From positions 502 through 64,501 of the forward strand of contig DATNFW010000092.1 in the NCBI GenBank assembly GCA_035606175.1: DNA of 64,000 bases. The letters are read 5' to 3'. Below the pieces are notes generated by a model, which saw only the letters and a list, made by a program, of their open reading frames with translations, made no database searches and had not been told where the DNA came from. Both the position numbers and the translations under genes were made by a program. Source of the stretch: Steroidobacteraceae bacterium (GTDB lineage: Bacteria; Pseudomonadota; Gammaproteobacteria; Steroidobacterales; Steroidobacteraceae). How positions within the stretch are numbered: the first letter of the stretch is position 1; the number at the start of each line of letters is the position of its first letter. Shown piece after piece: positions 18,620 to 28,512 of this stretch.

Positions 18620-19342
18620 ATGCCGATATCAGGGCAGGAAGTGTATTTCGACGACCGTGCCGACGCGGGGCGACATCTCGCGCAAAGGCTGATCGAGCAC
18701 ACGCAGGTTCGCGCGGACGCGGGCGAGGAGGCGGCGATCGGGGCGGATGCGCTCGTCCTCGCGCTGCCGCGCGGCGGAGTGCCGGTCGCCTATGAAGTGG
18801 CGGCCGCACTCGATGTGGAGCTCGACGTGTTCCTCGTGCGCAAGCTCGGCGTGCCGGGGCACGAGGAGCTCGCGATGGGAGCGATCGCCTCAGGCGGCGT
18901 GCGCGTCATCAACGATGCGGTGGTACAGGCGCTGCGCATACCGGCCTCGATCATCGATGCGGTCGCGGCGGCCGAGCGCGATACGCTCGAGCGGCGCGAG
19001 CGTCAGTACCGCGGCGCGGCGCCGCGACCGAACGTGCGCGACCGCGTCGTGATCCTGGTGGACGATGGACTCGCCACCGGCGCCTCGATGCGCGCGGCGC
19101 TCGAGGCACTCGGGCGCGAAGAGCCGCGCCGGCTCATCGCCGCAGTTCCCGTCGCGCCGCTCGAGACCTGCAACCAGATCGAGGCGGAGGCGGATGAGGT
19201 GATCTGTGCGGAGACCCCTCGCGAGTTCTACGGTGTGGGGCAGTGGTATCGCGAATTCGCTCAGACGACCGATGAGCAGGTGCGAGAGCTGCTCGCCCGC
19301 GCCGCGCAGCGCCATCCGCACGGGCAGGGGGCGGTGCACTGA
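18620..19342 (+). CDS. Phosphoribosyltransferase family protein
   Basis: PRPP-binding motif VVILVDDGLATGASM. A GAGGAGG RBS precedes the ATG. Confidence 0.75.
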   Translation: MPISGQEVYFDDRADAGRHLAQRLIEHTQVRADAGEEAAIGADALVLALPRGGVPVAYEVAAALDVELDVFLVRKLGVPGHEELAMGAIASGGVRVINDAVVQALRIPASIIDAVAAAERDTLERRERQYRGAAPRPNVRDRVVILVDDGLATGASMRAALEALGREEPRRLIAAVPVAPLETCNQIEAEADEVICAETPREFYGVGQWYREFAQTTDEQVRELLARAAQRHPHGQGAVH

Positions 19343-19410
19343 TTGAGCAATTGCTGAAAGAACGGAACTTGCTGCGCGTGTGGCGAGGATTCAATCAAAG
19401 GAGTTGAGTC

Positions 19411-19848
19411 ATGCCGGAACGAACCACTATCGAACGAGCGAAACGAGACCTGCGCGCAGGCAAGCGGCCGTCGACTGCGGCAGGCGAGTTCGTGCGCGAG
19501 GAAATGGAGCACATCCGCCGCGGCCGCCACGGCGCACGCAATACGCGGCAGGCGATCGCCATCGGTCTCTCGAAGGCGCGCCGTTCGGGGGTGCCGCTGC
19601 AACCGCCCGCGCCGGCAGAGGCGAAGGCGAGGACCCGGAAGTCAGCCGAGCGCGATTTCGAGGCAGGGCAGGGCAGGCGCCGCTCCTCGTCCGAGCCGCG
19701 CAAGCAGCGCACGCGATCTCATGCCCGCTCGAAAGCGTCGAGCCGCGCTCTCGAGCGCGAGGGCCGGACGGCCGCCTCCCCGAGGACACTCTCGGCCCAT
19801 GCGAAGCAGACCGCGTCCCGCCGCGGACGGCGCAGCCGGGCCCATTGA
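19411..19848 (+). CDS. Small basic conserved hypothetical protein (possibly DUF6496-like)
   Basis: An AAGGAG RBS precedes the ATG. The N-terminal block TIERAKRDLRAGKRPSTAAGEFVREEMEHIRRGRHGARNTRQAIAIGLSKARR looks like a conserved family I recall only vaguely. The C-terminus is Arg/Ser-rich. Confidence 0.6.
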   Translation: MPERTTIERAKRDLRAGKRPSTAAGEFVREEMEHIRRGRHGARNTRQAIAIGLSKARRSGVPLQPPAPAEAKARTRKSAERDFEAGQGRRRSSSEPRKQRTRSHARSKASSRALEREGRTAASPRTLSAHAKQTASRRGRRSRAH

Positions 19849-20029
19849 GACGAGTTGCCGGGGCCCAGCCCCGGACTCACCCCCCCGCGTAACGGCTCTT
19901 TTAACCCCGTGGAGCTGGTTCGCCCCGCCCATCCGGGCGGGGTAGGACTGCGCGCGCTCCCCGCCGTCTGGTACGATCGGCGCGGGGAGGCCCCGCGCCT
20001 TAACTTGGTTCAACACCCAGGACTCGAGC

Positions 20030-20509
20030 ATGAGCTACACCATCACCGTCAATGGCAAGGCCGAGACCGTCGATGTCGAAGGCGATACCCCGCTGCTGTG
20101 GGTATTGCGCGACGTACTCGACATGAAGGGCAGCAAGTTCGGCTGCGGAATGGGCCTTTGCGGCGCATGTACGGTCCATCTGAACGGCCGCGCCACGCGC
20201 TCTTGCATCACCCCGATCTCGGCGGTCGGCTCCGCGCAAGTGACGACGATCGAAGGCCTCGGAGCGAGTGAGATCGGCCGCAAGCTGCAGGCAGCCTGGG
20301 TCGCTCACGATGTGCCTCAGTGCGGCTACTGCCAGGCGGGTCAGCTCATGTCGGCCGCCTCGCTCCTCGGCGCGAATTCTCGCCCGAGCGATCAGGACAT
20401 CGACGATGGCATGAGCGGCAATATCTGCCGCTGCTGCACCTATACCCGCGTCCGCGCCGCGATCAAAGAGGCGGCGGGGCTCCCGACCACCGACTCGAGG
20501 GAGGTTTGA
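20030..20509 (+). CDS. (2Fe-2S)-binding small subunit of a molybdopterin oxidoreductase (IorA / aldehyde oxidase alpha-type)
   Basis: 159 aa. The two cluster motifs are [11 protein letters not shown] and CGYCQAG....C..C. Confidence 0.9.
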   Translation: MSYTITVNGKAETVDVEGDTPLLWVLRDVLDMKGSKFGCGMGLCGACTVHLNGRATRSCITPISAVGSAQVTTIEGLGASEIGRKLQAAWVAHDVPQCGYCQAGQLMSAASLLGANSRPSDQDIDDGMSGNICRCCTYTRVRAAIKEAAGLPTTDSREV

Positions 20510-20511
20510 TC

Positions 20512-22944
20512 ATGGCCAGTCAGCAGGTGGAGACGGGCAAGAGCGCGGTCGCCGGCGGCGCCCCTGAGTCGCCCTCGCGGCGTACGTTCCTCACGGTGAG
20601 CGCGCTCGCAGGCGGTGGACTGCTCATCGATTTCAGCATTCCGGGTTCCGCTCTCGCGGCTGCGCATGCCGCCGAGCACGAATACACCCTCAATGCCTAC
20701 ATCCAGATCACCCCGAACGGCGCCATCACGATCATGGCGAAGAATCCGGAGATCGGACAGGGCATCAAGACCGCCTTACCGCAGATCATCGCGGAGGAGC
20801 TCGACGCCGATTGGAAGGATGTGCAGGTCGAGCAGGCACCCGTCGATGCGAGGCTGTACGGAGCCCAGTTCGCAGGCGGTAGCTTCTCGATTCCGATGAA
20901 CTACGAGCCGCTGCGCCAGGTGGGCGCAGCCGGCCGCGCATTGCTCATCAAGGCCGCCGCCGAGAAGTGGCACGTGCCGCAGGAGCAATGCGACACCCTG
21001 CCGAGCAAGGTTCGGCACAAGGCGACCGGCCGTACACTCGGTTATGGAGCGCTTGCATCCAGGGCTGCCGCAATCGGTACCAAGGAGCAGGCTGCGCAGG
21101 CCGCGGCGATGGCGGCGATGGCGCGTGCCGCCGGAGGCGCGCATGCCGGACCTCCGGGACGCGGACGTGGCGGTCCCCCGGGTGCGGGACGTGGCGGTCC
21201 CCCGGGCGCTGCGATGTTCGGCGCCGCCGGTCTGCAGAAGGTCAAGCTCAAAGACCCGAAAGACTTCCGCATCATCGGCCAGCCGATCTCGGGCGTCGAC
21301 AACCCGTCCATCGTGACCGGCAAGCCGCTTTTCGGCATCGATCAGTCCGTACCGGGAATGAAGTACGCCGTGTACGAGCGCTGCCCGGTATTCGGCGGGC
21401 GCCCGGTGAGTGCGAATCTCGACGAGATCAAGGCCCTGCCGGGCATCCACGATGCCTTCATCGTCGAGGGTGCGCAGCCGACGGGACTCCCCGACGGCAT
21501 GCAGATCACCCTCGTCCCCGGCGTCGCGATCATCGGCGACACCTGGTGGGCCGCGAACAAGGCGCTCGACAAGCTCGTCGTGCAGTGGGACGAAGGCCCG
21601 GTCGCGAATCAGAGCACCGAGAAGTTCGATCGCACCGCGGCGGATCTGGCGAGCAAGCCACCCGCTAAAGTCATTCGCAAGGACGGCGACTTCGACAAGG
21701 CGGTCTCGGGCGCGGCGAAGGTGATCGAAGGGAACTATCAATATCCGTTCATCGCGCATGCCTATCTCGAGCCGCTCAACGCCACGGCGCATTTCAAGGA
21801 CGGTAAGGTCGAGGTGTGGGCCGCGACGCAGAATCCCGCGGCAGGCCAGGGCAACGTCGCCAAGACTCTCGGCATCTCGCCGGCCAATGTCACGGTACAC
21901 GTCGTGCGCAGCGGCGGCGGTTTCGGTGGAAGGCTCGGTACGTGGTACATGGTCGAGGCCGCGTACCTCTCGAAGCGCACGGGCCTGCCGATCAAGATGC
22001 TCAACAACCGCAAGCAGGACATCCAGCACGAGTATTACCGTCCGGCGGGCTATCACCACTTCAAGGCCGGCATCGACGCTCAAGGCAAGCTCGTCGCTTT
22101 CCGCGATCACTTCGTGACGTTCACGAGCGATGGCGAGAAGGTGTCGAACAGCGCCGATCTCGAGCCGGGCGCGTTTCCGGCCCGCTTCGTGCCGAACCTG
22201 GAATTCGCAGAGTCGCTGATGCTGCTTGGGGTGCCGACGGGGCCGCTCCGCGCGCCGGGCGACAACGCGATCGCGTACGCGTTCGAGTCGTTCATCGACG
22301 AGATTGCCCTCGCGGCGGGAAAGGACCCGCTGCAGTACCGCATCGACCTGTACTCGCCGGCGCGAGTGCTGCAGAACCCACCGTCGCCGCGCCGCAGCTT
22401 CATGAAGCTGCCGGAGTTCGATACGGGACGGGCGATCGGGGTGCTCGAGCTCGTGCGCGAGATGTCTAACTGGGGCAAGCGCAAGCTTCCCGCACGCACC
22501 GGCATGGGCGTCGCGTTCTACTACAGCCACCTCGGCTACGTCGCGGAGGTGATACAGGCGAGCGTTGCGCCGGAAGGCACCGTCAAGGTCGACAAGGTGT
22601 GGGCCGCGGTCGACTGCGGTCCGCAGATCGTGAACCCTAGCGGCGCGATGAACCAGGTGCAGGGGGCCATCATCGATGGCTTGAGTGCGGCACTCGGCCA
22701 GCAGATCACGATCGACCGCGGCCGTATCCTGCAGACGAACTTCCACGAGTTCAATCTGCTGCGCATGAACCAGGCGCCCCCCGTCGAAGTGCAGTTCCGC
22801 AAGACCGAAGGAGTCATGGTGACGGGGCTCGGCGAGCCGGCGCTACCCTCGGCGCCGCCTGCGCTCTGCAACGCGATCTACGCCGCGATCGGCAAGCGTG
22901 TTCGCAAGCTGCCGATCGATCCGGCGGAGCTCGCGTCGACCTGA
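20512..22944 (+). CDS. Molybdopterin-binding large subunit (IorB / aldehyde oxidase beta-type) with a Tat signal
   Basis: Starts at MASQQVE (ATG 20512), 2 nt after the small-subunit stop. Twin-arginine leader SRRTFLTVSALAGGGLL. Family blocks include GQGIKTALPQIIAEELD. Confidence 0.85.
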   Translation: MASQQVETGKSAVAGGAPESPSRRTFLTVSALAGGGLLIDFSIPGSALAAAHAAEHEYTLNAYIQITPNGAITIMAKNPEIGQGIKTALPQIIAEELDADWKDVQVEQAPVDARLYGAQFAGGSFSIPMNYEPLRQVGAAGRALLIKAAAEKWHVPQEQCDTLPSKVRHKATGRTLGYGALASRAAAIGTKEQAAQAAAMAAMARAAGGAHAGPPGRGRGGPPGAGRGGPPGAAMFGAAGLQKVKLKDPKDFRIIGQPISGVDNPSIVTGKPLFGIDQSVPGMKYAVYERCPVFGGRPVSANLDEIKALPGIHDAFIVEGAQPTGLPDGMQITLVPGVAIIGDTWWAANKALDKLVVQWDEGPVANQSTEKFDRTAADLASKPPAKVIRKDGDFDKAVSGAAKVIEGNYQYPFIAHAYLEPLNATAHFKDGKVEVWAATQNPAAGQGNVAKTLGISPANVTVHVVRSGGGFGGRLGTWYMVEAAYLSKRTGLPIKMLNNRKQDIQHEYYRPAGYHHFKAGIDAQGKLVAFRDHFVTFTSDGEKVSNSADLEPGAFPARFVPNLEFAESLMLLGVPTGPLRAPGDNAIAYAFESFIDEIALAAGKDPLQYRIDLYSPARVLQNPPSPRRSFMKLPEFDTGRAIGVLELVREMSNWGKRKLPARTGMGVAFYYSHLGYVAEVIQASVAPEGTVKVDKVWAAVDCGPQIVNPSGAMNQVQGAIIDGLSAALGQQITIDRGRILQTNFHEFNLLRMNQAPPVEVQFRKTEGVMVTGLGEPALPSAPPALCNAIYAAIGKRVRKLPIDPAELAST
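21163..21210 (+). repeat. In-frame 24-bp tandem duplication (GGACGTGGCGGTCCCCCGGGTGCG / GGACGTGGCGGTCCCCCGGGCGCT) encoding GRGGPPGA twice
   Basis: Read directly from the sequence; 22 of 24 positions are identical. It lies inside a low-complexity insertion of the IorB-type gene. Confidence 0.9.
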
Positions 22945-23031
22945 CGTTCGCGGAGGCCTGGAGCGGGCGCGTGAGGCGCCCGCTGCCCCCCGCGGCAGGC
23001 CGCGGGCTTCGGGCTTGCTGCCGGAGATCGC

Positions 23032-24762
23032 GTGAGCGGAGAGACGACTCCCCTGACCGCTGCGGAGGCGCTGCTTGCAGGGCTCGCGCGCCGCGGCGTC
23101 GAGTATCTGTACCTCAACGCCGGGACGGACTTCGCCTCGATCGTGGAGGCTTACGCGGGCCGAGCCGGCCTCGAGTTTCCCACCCCGATCGTCTGCCCTC
23201 ACGAGAACCTCGCGGTCGGCATGGCGCATGGCTATGCGCTCGCGAGCGGCAAGCCGCAGGCCGTAATGGTTCACGTGAGCGTGGGCACTGCGAACTGTGT
23301 GTGCGCGCTGCTCAATGCGGCACGCGATCAGGTTCCACTGCTGCTCGCCGCCGGGCGCACGCCCTTATACGAGCAGGGGCGCCGCGGCGCCCGCGATGCG
23401 CCGATCCACTGGGCGCAGGAGATGTTCGATCAAGGCGGGCTCGTGCGCGAGCTCGTCAAATGGGACTACGAGCTACGCGATGCGATGCAGGCCGAGATCG
23501 TCGTCGACCGGGCGCTTGCGATTGCGCGAGCCGCTCCGGCCGGACCCGTCTACCTGACGCTGCCGCGGGAGGTGCTGGCCGAGGAGATCGCGGCCCGCGC
23601 GATTTTGCCGGCCGAGACGGCTGTGCCGCGCGCACCCGCACCCGATCCCGGCGACGTCGAGCGCCTCGCGCAGCTCATCTCGGAAGCGGAGCTGCCGATC
23701 ATCATCATCTCCGGAGGCGGCGCGGCTTCGGCATCGCAGTCGCTCGAGACGATGCAGGCGTTCGGACAATTCGTGCGCCGCTTCGGCATCGGAGTCGTCG
23801 AGTATCTCGGGCGGCGCGTACGCCTGCCCGCAACGCATCCGCTGCATCTCGGCTCGGACAACCGCGTTGCGCTCGAGCGGGCGGACCTGATTCTCGCCAT
23901 CGATGCCGACGTGCCTTGGATGCCGACCGTCGCGGCGCCGCGTCCCAGCGCGCGCGTCGTGCACATCGGAGTCGATCCCCTCTACGTACGGTATCCGATC
24001 CGCTCTTTCCGGACGGACTTGGCGCTCGCAACCACACTCGGTCAACTGCTGCCGCCGCTCACCGCTGCGCTCGATCATCGCGCCGCGATCGGTCGGGTGG
24101 ACTACGCGGCGCGCGCCCGCCGCATTGAGGAGCTCGCCGCCGAGCGACGTGCCGAGCTCGAGGGACGCCGCAGTCGGATCGCGAACGAAGGCCACATGAC
24201 ACGCGGCTGGCTCACAATGTGTTTGAATGCCGCGGTGTCGCGCGATGACTGCATCGTGAGCGAGTACTGGGTGGAGCGCGAGCTGCTCGAGCGCGAGCTG
24301 CCCGGGACGTATTTCGCGACGCCTCCGGCCGGAGGGCTCGGCTGGGGACTGCCGGCGGCGCTCGGCATCGCCCAGTTCGAGGCGGACAAAAGGGAAGCGC
24401 CGGTCGTCGTCGCGGCCCTCGGCGACGGCTCGTACATGTTCGCGAATCCCGCCGCCTGTCATCAAACGGCGGCGGCTCTGAAGCTGCCCGTGCTGACGGT
24501 GGTCTGCAACAATCGCCAGTGGGGCGCGGTCGAGTGGGCGGCTCGCAGCGTGTACCCTCAGGGACATGCGGCTCACGGGGGCACGCCGGTGCCGCTCAGC
24601 AGCCTCGAGCCCGCGCCCGCGTTCGAGAAGTATGTCGAGGCTTCCGGCGGCCATGGCGAGCGTGTGACGGACCCGCGAGAGCTGCCCGGCGCGCTCGAGC
24701 GGGCGCTGCACGCGGTGCGTCGCGAGCGTCGGCAGGCCCTGCTCAATGTGATTTGCGAGTAA
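23032..24762 (+). CDS. Thiamine pyrophosphate-dependent enzyme (acetolactate synthase / benzoylformate decarboxylase superfamily)
   Basis: 576 aa with a GTG start. The TPP-binding block is GDGSYMF....L.T......P....V.NN. The N-terminal Pyr domain begins AEALLAGLARRGVEYLY.N.G. Confidence 0.8.
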   Translation: MSGETTPLTAAEALLAGLARRGVEYLYLNAGTDFASIVEAYAGRAGLEFPTPIVCPHENLAVGMAHGYALASGKPQAVMVHVSVGTANCVCALLNAARDQVPLLLAAGRTPLYEQGRRGARDAPIHWAQEMFDQGGLVRELVKWDYELRDAMQAEIVVDRALAIARAAPAGPVYLTLPREVLAEEIAARAILPAETAVPRAPAPDPGDVERLAQLISEAELPIIIISGGGAASASQSLETMQAFGQFVRRFGIGVVEYLGRRVRLPATHPLHLGSDNRVALERADLILAIDADVPWMPTVAAPRPSARVVHIGVDPLYVRYPIRSFRTDLALATTLGQLLPPLTAALDHRAAIGRVDYAARARRIEELAAERRAELEGRRSRIANEGHMTRGWLTMCLNAAVSRDDCIVSEYWVERELLERELPGTYFATPPAGGLGWGLPAALGIAQFEADKREAPVVVAALGDGSYMFANPAACHQTAAALKLPVLTVVCNNRQWGAVEWAARSVYPQGHAAHGGTPVPLSSLEPAPAFEKYVEASGGHGERVTDPRELPGALERALHAVRRERRQALLNVICE

Positions 24763-24767
24763 CCCGA

Positions 24768-26270
24768 ATGAGCGCCGCTCAAAGCACCTGGGATCGCATG
24801 CCCGGCCGGGATCGCGCACGCGACGGCCTCGATCGCACGTATGCATTGCTGATCGACGGCGCATGGACGCGCGCGGATTCCGAGGACAGCTTCCAATGCG
24901 TCGACCCGTACACGGCGGAGCCCTTCGGATGCGTGCCGGAGGCGGGTCCCGCCGATGTGCACCGCGCCGTTTCGGCCGCTCGGCGCGCGTTCGATCGTGA
25001 CGGCTGGCGAGAAAGCTCGGCGGCCGAGCGCGCGAGGCTGCTGAGGAGCCTCGCGCGGCGGATCGAAGCGCATGCGGATGAGCTCGCTTATGTGCAGATT
25101 CGCGAGAACGGCAAGCTCGCGAGCGAAATGCGCCCACAGATCGATGCACTCGCACGAGCGTGCGAGTACTTCGCCGGACTCGCCGAGGCGACGGGCGGCC
25201 GCACGGTTCCGCTGCAGGGCTTCACGGCGTACACCGTTCGGGAGCCGATCGGCGTCATCGCGGCCGTCACGCCCTGGAACTCGCCGCTCATGCTGCTCGG
25301 CTGGAAGCTCTTCCCCGCGCTCGCGGCGGGCAACACTGTGGTCGTCAAGCCTTCCGAGATCACTCCGGTCTCGACACTCCGCTTCGCGGAGCTCATCACG
25401 GAGAGCGGTTTCCCGCCGGGTGTCGTCAACGTCCTGACCGGTCATGCGCAGCCGACCGGCGCCGCGCTCATCGCCCACCCGGGCATCGACAAGATCGCCT
25501 TCACCGGATCGACGGCGGCGGGCAAGGCGATCGGGCGTGCGGCAGCGGAGCGCTGCGCGCGGGTGTCGCTCGAGCTCGGAGGCAAATCGCCGAACATCGT
25601 ATTTGCGGATGCGCTGCTCGATGCCGCGGTCGACGGAATCGTCGCGGGCATTTTCGCAGCGACTGGACAGACCTGCGTCGCCGGCTCGCGGGTGCTCGTC
25701 GAGCGGCCGGTCTACGAGCAGGTCGTCGAGAGACTTGCGGCGCGCGCGCGCGAGCTCACGCCCGGCGATCCGCTCGAATGGAAGACGCAGCTCGCCCCGC
25801 TCGCATCGCGCGCGCAGCTCGAGAAGGTGCTGAGCTATTTCGAGGTCGCGCGTGCCGAGGGGCTCGAGCTCGTCACGGGCGGCCATCGTATCGAGCGACC
25901 CGGATTTTTCGTCGAGCCGACCGTCTACGGGAATGTGCGCACGGACTGCCGCCTCGCCCGCGAGGAGATCTTCGGCCCCGTCGCGGCGCTCATTCCGTTC
26001 GACGACGAGGATCAGGCGGTTTCGATTGCAAACGATACGCCGTTCGGGCTCGCGGCAGGTGTATGGACCGAGAGCCTGCGGCGCGCGCATCGCGTCGCCT
26101 CGCGCGTGCGCGCCGGCACCGTGTGGATCAACAACTATCGGCAGATCGCCTACGCGATTCCGTTCGGAGGCTTCAAGCAGAGTGGTCTCGGACGCGAGCT
26201 CGGACCGGAGGCGCTCAACGAATACACCGAGGTCAAGAGCGTTTGGATCGATACGAGCCGCGGCGCATGA
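24768..26270 (+). CDS. NAD(P)-dependent aldehyde dehydrogenase
   Basis: Starts at MSAAQSTWD (ATG 24768). Catalytic motifs are LELGGKSP (Glu) and GQTCVAGSR (Cys). Confidence 0.9.
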   Translation: MSAAQSTWDRMPGRDRARDGLDRTYALLIDGAWTRADSEDSFQCVDPYTAEPFGCVPEAGPADVHRAVSAARRAFDRDGWRESSAAERARLLRSLARRIEAHADELAYVQIRENGKLASEMRPQIDALARACEYFAGLAEATGGRTVPLQGFTAYTVREPIGVIAAVTPWNSPLMLLGWKLFPALAAGNTVVVKPSEITPVSTLRFAELITESGFPPGVVNVLTGHAQPTGAALIAHPGIDKIAFTGSTAAGKAIGRAAAERCARVSLELGGKSPNIVFADALLDAAVDGIVAGIFAATGQTCVAGSRVLVERPVYEQVVERLAARARELTPGDPLEWKTQLAPLASRAQLEKVLSYFEVARAEGLELVTGGHRIERPGFFVEPTVYGNVRTDCRLAREEIFGPVAALIPFDDEDQAVSIANDTPFGLAAGVWTESLRRAHRVASRVRAGTVWINNYRQIAYAIPFGGFKQSGLGRELGPEALNEYTEVKSVWIDTSRGA

Positions 26271-26310
26271 GCGCGCGACCTGCAGCTGGTTTTCTGCAAT
26301 CCGGGAGACG

Positions 26311-27291
26311 ATGGTGAGCGAGTCCGATGCCGTTCGAGCCAATCCCTTCGATCCGAAGCTGTTTCGCGCGGATGCCGTTCCGCGCGAAGTCGCGGCGGCC
26401 AATGAAGCGTTCCGTCAGGCGACCTCGGCGGGGCCCGAGTGGTGGGATATCGGCGCGGCGAAGTTCCGCGAGCTTGCAGCCTCCGGGCGCGGGCCGTTTC
26501 CGCCGCCCGAAGTCTCCCCTCGCGGGCGCACGATCGAAATCGAGGGGCGCGGCGGGCATCGCATTCCGCTGCGTCTGATCGCGCCGGAGCGCGCGAAGGG
26601 CATCTATCTGCACTTCCACGGAGGCGGCCTGGTCCTCGGCTCCGCGATGGCGCAGGACGCGATGATGGAGCGCATCGCGCAGAGCACCGGGATGGCGTGC
26701 GCGAGCGTCGAGTATCGGCTCGCCCCGGAGCATCCCTATCCGGCGGCATGGGACGACGGGGAGTCCGCGGCACTCTGGCTGATCGCAAACGGCAGGCGCG
26801 AGCTCGGGACGAACGTGATGACGATCGGAGGCGAGTCGGCGGGCGCCACACTTGCGGCCGCGATTCTGCTGCGCATGCGCGACCGTCACGGCTTCACCGG
26901 GTTCCGGGCCGCGAATCTCGCGTACGGAAACTACGATTCGTCCATGACACCGAGCCAGCGGCTCGCACCTGCCAAGGGCGTGCTTGTGGGCCGCACGGCC
27001 ATCGAGCGATTTTGCGGCGCGTACCTGCCGAAGCAGGTCGATCCGCGCGATCCGGATGTCTCCGCGCTCTATGCGAATCTCAAGGACATGCCGCCCGCGA
27101 TCTTCACCGTCGGCACGGGCGATCCTCTGATCGACGACACGCTGTTCATGTATGCCCGCTGGATCGCGGCCGGCAACGAGGCAGAGCTCGCGCTCTACCC
27201 CGGAGCCGTGCATGCGTTCAACGTGTTCCCGATGCCTCAGGCTGCGCAAGCGAACGCGCGCATCGACGCATTCCTCAAGCGCGCGATTTAG
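26311..27291 (+). CDS. Alpha/beta hydrolase, HSL-type esterase/lipase
   Basis: Starts at MVSESDAV (ATG 26311, GGGAGA RBS). Contains the HGGG oxyanion motif ([10 protein letters not shown]), the nucleophile elbow GESAG and a late DPLIDD...H. Confidence 0.8.
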   Translation: MVSESDAVRANPFDPKLFRADAVPREVAAANEAFRQATSAGPEWWDIGAAKFRELAASGRGPFPPPEVSPRGRTIEIEGRGGHRIPLRLIAPERAKGIYLHFHGGGLVLGSAMAQDAMMERIAQSTGMACASVEYRLAPEHPYPAAWDDGESAALWLIANGRRELGTNVMTIGGESAGATLAAAILLRMRDRHGFTGFRAANLAYGNYDSSMTPSQRLAPAKGVLVGRTAIERFCGAYLPKQVDPRDPDVSALYANLKDMPPAIFTVGTGDPLIDDTLFMYARWIAAGNEAELALYPGAVHAFNVFPMPQAAQANARIDAFLKRAI

Positions 27292-28360
27292 TCGACGGGC
27301 CTTCTGCTTCGGCCTCGCCGAGCGCCCGATGGAGTGAGCGTCTCCCGGCGAGTGCGGCGAGCTCGCGCAGTCGGGTCGCGTGCGCCGGCGATGCGGGACG
27401 GAAGCGCGGGTTCGATGCGAGTCGGCGCTCGAGCACATCGAGCGCTCTGCCCGTCTCCCGCTGGGAGAGCAGGCGGGCGAGATGGTCGCTGACCAGCCGG
27501 TCCGCGATGCGAGGGTCCTCCCATCGCGAGGCGGACTCGATGAGCGCGGTGTATTCCTCGTTTGCGCGCGAGCGGCGATCGGGTGCCTCGTGACAGTGCT
27601 CGAGGATCCAGCGCTCGATTTCGGCCCATGCATCGTGAACGCGGCCGAGCCGCGCCTGTCCGAAGCTTCGATCGAGCATCCGGCTCCGCTCTTCGGCATG
27701 CTCGCGCAGCGCCCGTTCGGCGCCGCGTTCTGCTCGCGTGCGCGTCGCGACCCCGAGCGCGAAGCGATTCTCGTGCACGGCGCCCCCGATCAGCGCAAAG
27801 AGTGTGAGGAACACGAGCTCGCCCGTTGCGACGAGAATACCGGGCGGCACTTGGGTCTGTGCGAGAGCATAGAGTCCGCTCCCGCAAGCGAGCGTCGCGA
27901 GCAAGAGCCATCCGTAGTCGCGCCCCATGCCGCGGATGAGCGCGGCGAGCGTAACCGGGTAGGCGGCGCGCAGGGGATTGCCGCCGATTCCGAGCACCGC
28001 GACACTCGCGGGCAACGTCGCAAGCAGCAGCGCTCCCGATGCAACGAGTGCCGGCCGACCGAGCTTTGCACCGAGCCAGCTCGAAAGCGCCCATCCTGCC
28101 GCGATCAGAATCGCCTGCGCGAGCGGGCGCTGCTCATCGAGCGGATTCAACATCTCGATCGCGAGCACCGGCGGCTCCTGCTCGCCTGCGACAGCGGTAT
28201 CGAGCAGTACGAAGCAGTATTTGAAGAACCAGGAGACGAGCAGCAGCGCAGGCAGAATGCCCATCCAGCGCGCCCGAATGCAAAATGCGAGGGCGATGGT
28301 GAAGGTCCCTACGAGGAGCAGTGGGGCGGCACGCCAGGGCAGGAGAGCGTAGCGGATCAT
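27275..28360 (-). CDS. Hypothetical polytopic membrane protein with a helical Arg/Glu-rich C-terminal domain
   Basis: About 6-7 hydrophobic helices in the first ~240 aa, then a ~120-aa soluble tail. The start is uncertain (MIRY at 28360 or MGNL at 28414). I recognise no family. Confidence 0.55.
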   Translation of the reverse strand: MIRYALLPWRAAPLLLVGTFTIALAFCIRARWMGILPALLLVSWFFKYCFVLLDTAVAGEQEPPVLAIEMLNPLDEQRPLAQAILIAAGWALSSWLGAKLGRPALVASGALLLATLPASVAVLGIGGNPLRAAYPVTLAALIRGMGRDYGWLLLATLACGSGLYALAQTQVPPGILVATGELVFLTLFALIGGAVHENRFALGVATRTRAERGAERALREHAEERSRMLDRSFGQARLGRVHDAWAEIERWILEHCHEAPDRRSRANEEYTALIESASRWEDPRIADRLVSDHLARLLSQRETGRALDVLERRLASNPRFRPASPAHATRLRELAALAGRRSLHRALGEAEAEGPSTKSRA

Positions 28361-28512
28361 GCAGGTGCCAAGGTTCCGCTTTGCATTGTCCACCCGAACG
28401 TCGAGGTTTCCCATCGCGGTCGCGGCGATCTGCGCGGTTCGTCTAAACTTTGCCTGCCTCGGGCGCAGCCTCGAGGTGGTGCCTCGGTAGCGCTCTCGGG
28501 GCAGGAGGGGTG

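Noticed and set aside
19849-20029. Moco riboswitch upstream of the molybdo-oxidoreductase genes
   Set aside because: Only generic GC hairpins are visible (CCGGGG/CCCCGG at ~19870, CCCCGCCC/GGGCGGGG at ~19922-19941, CGCGGGG/CCCCGCG at ~19981-19997). I cannot match the Moco motif consensus by eye, so a cmscan would be needed.
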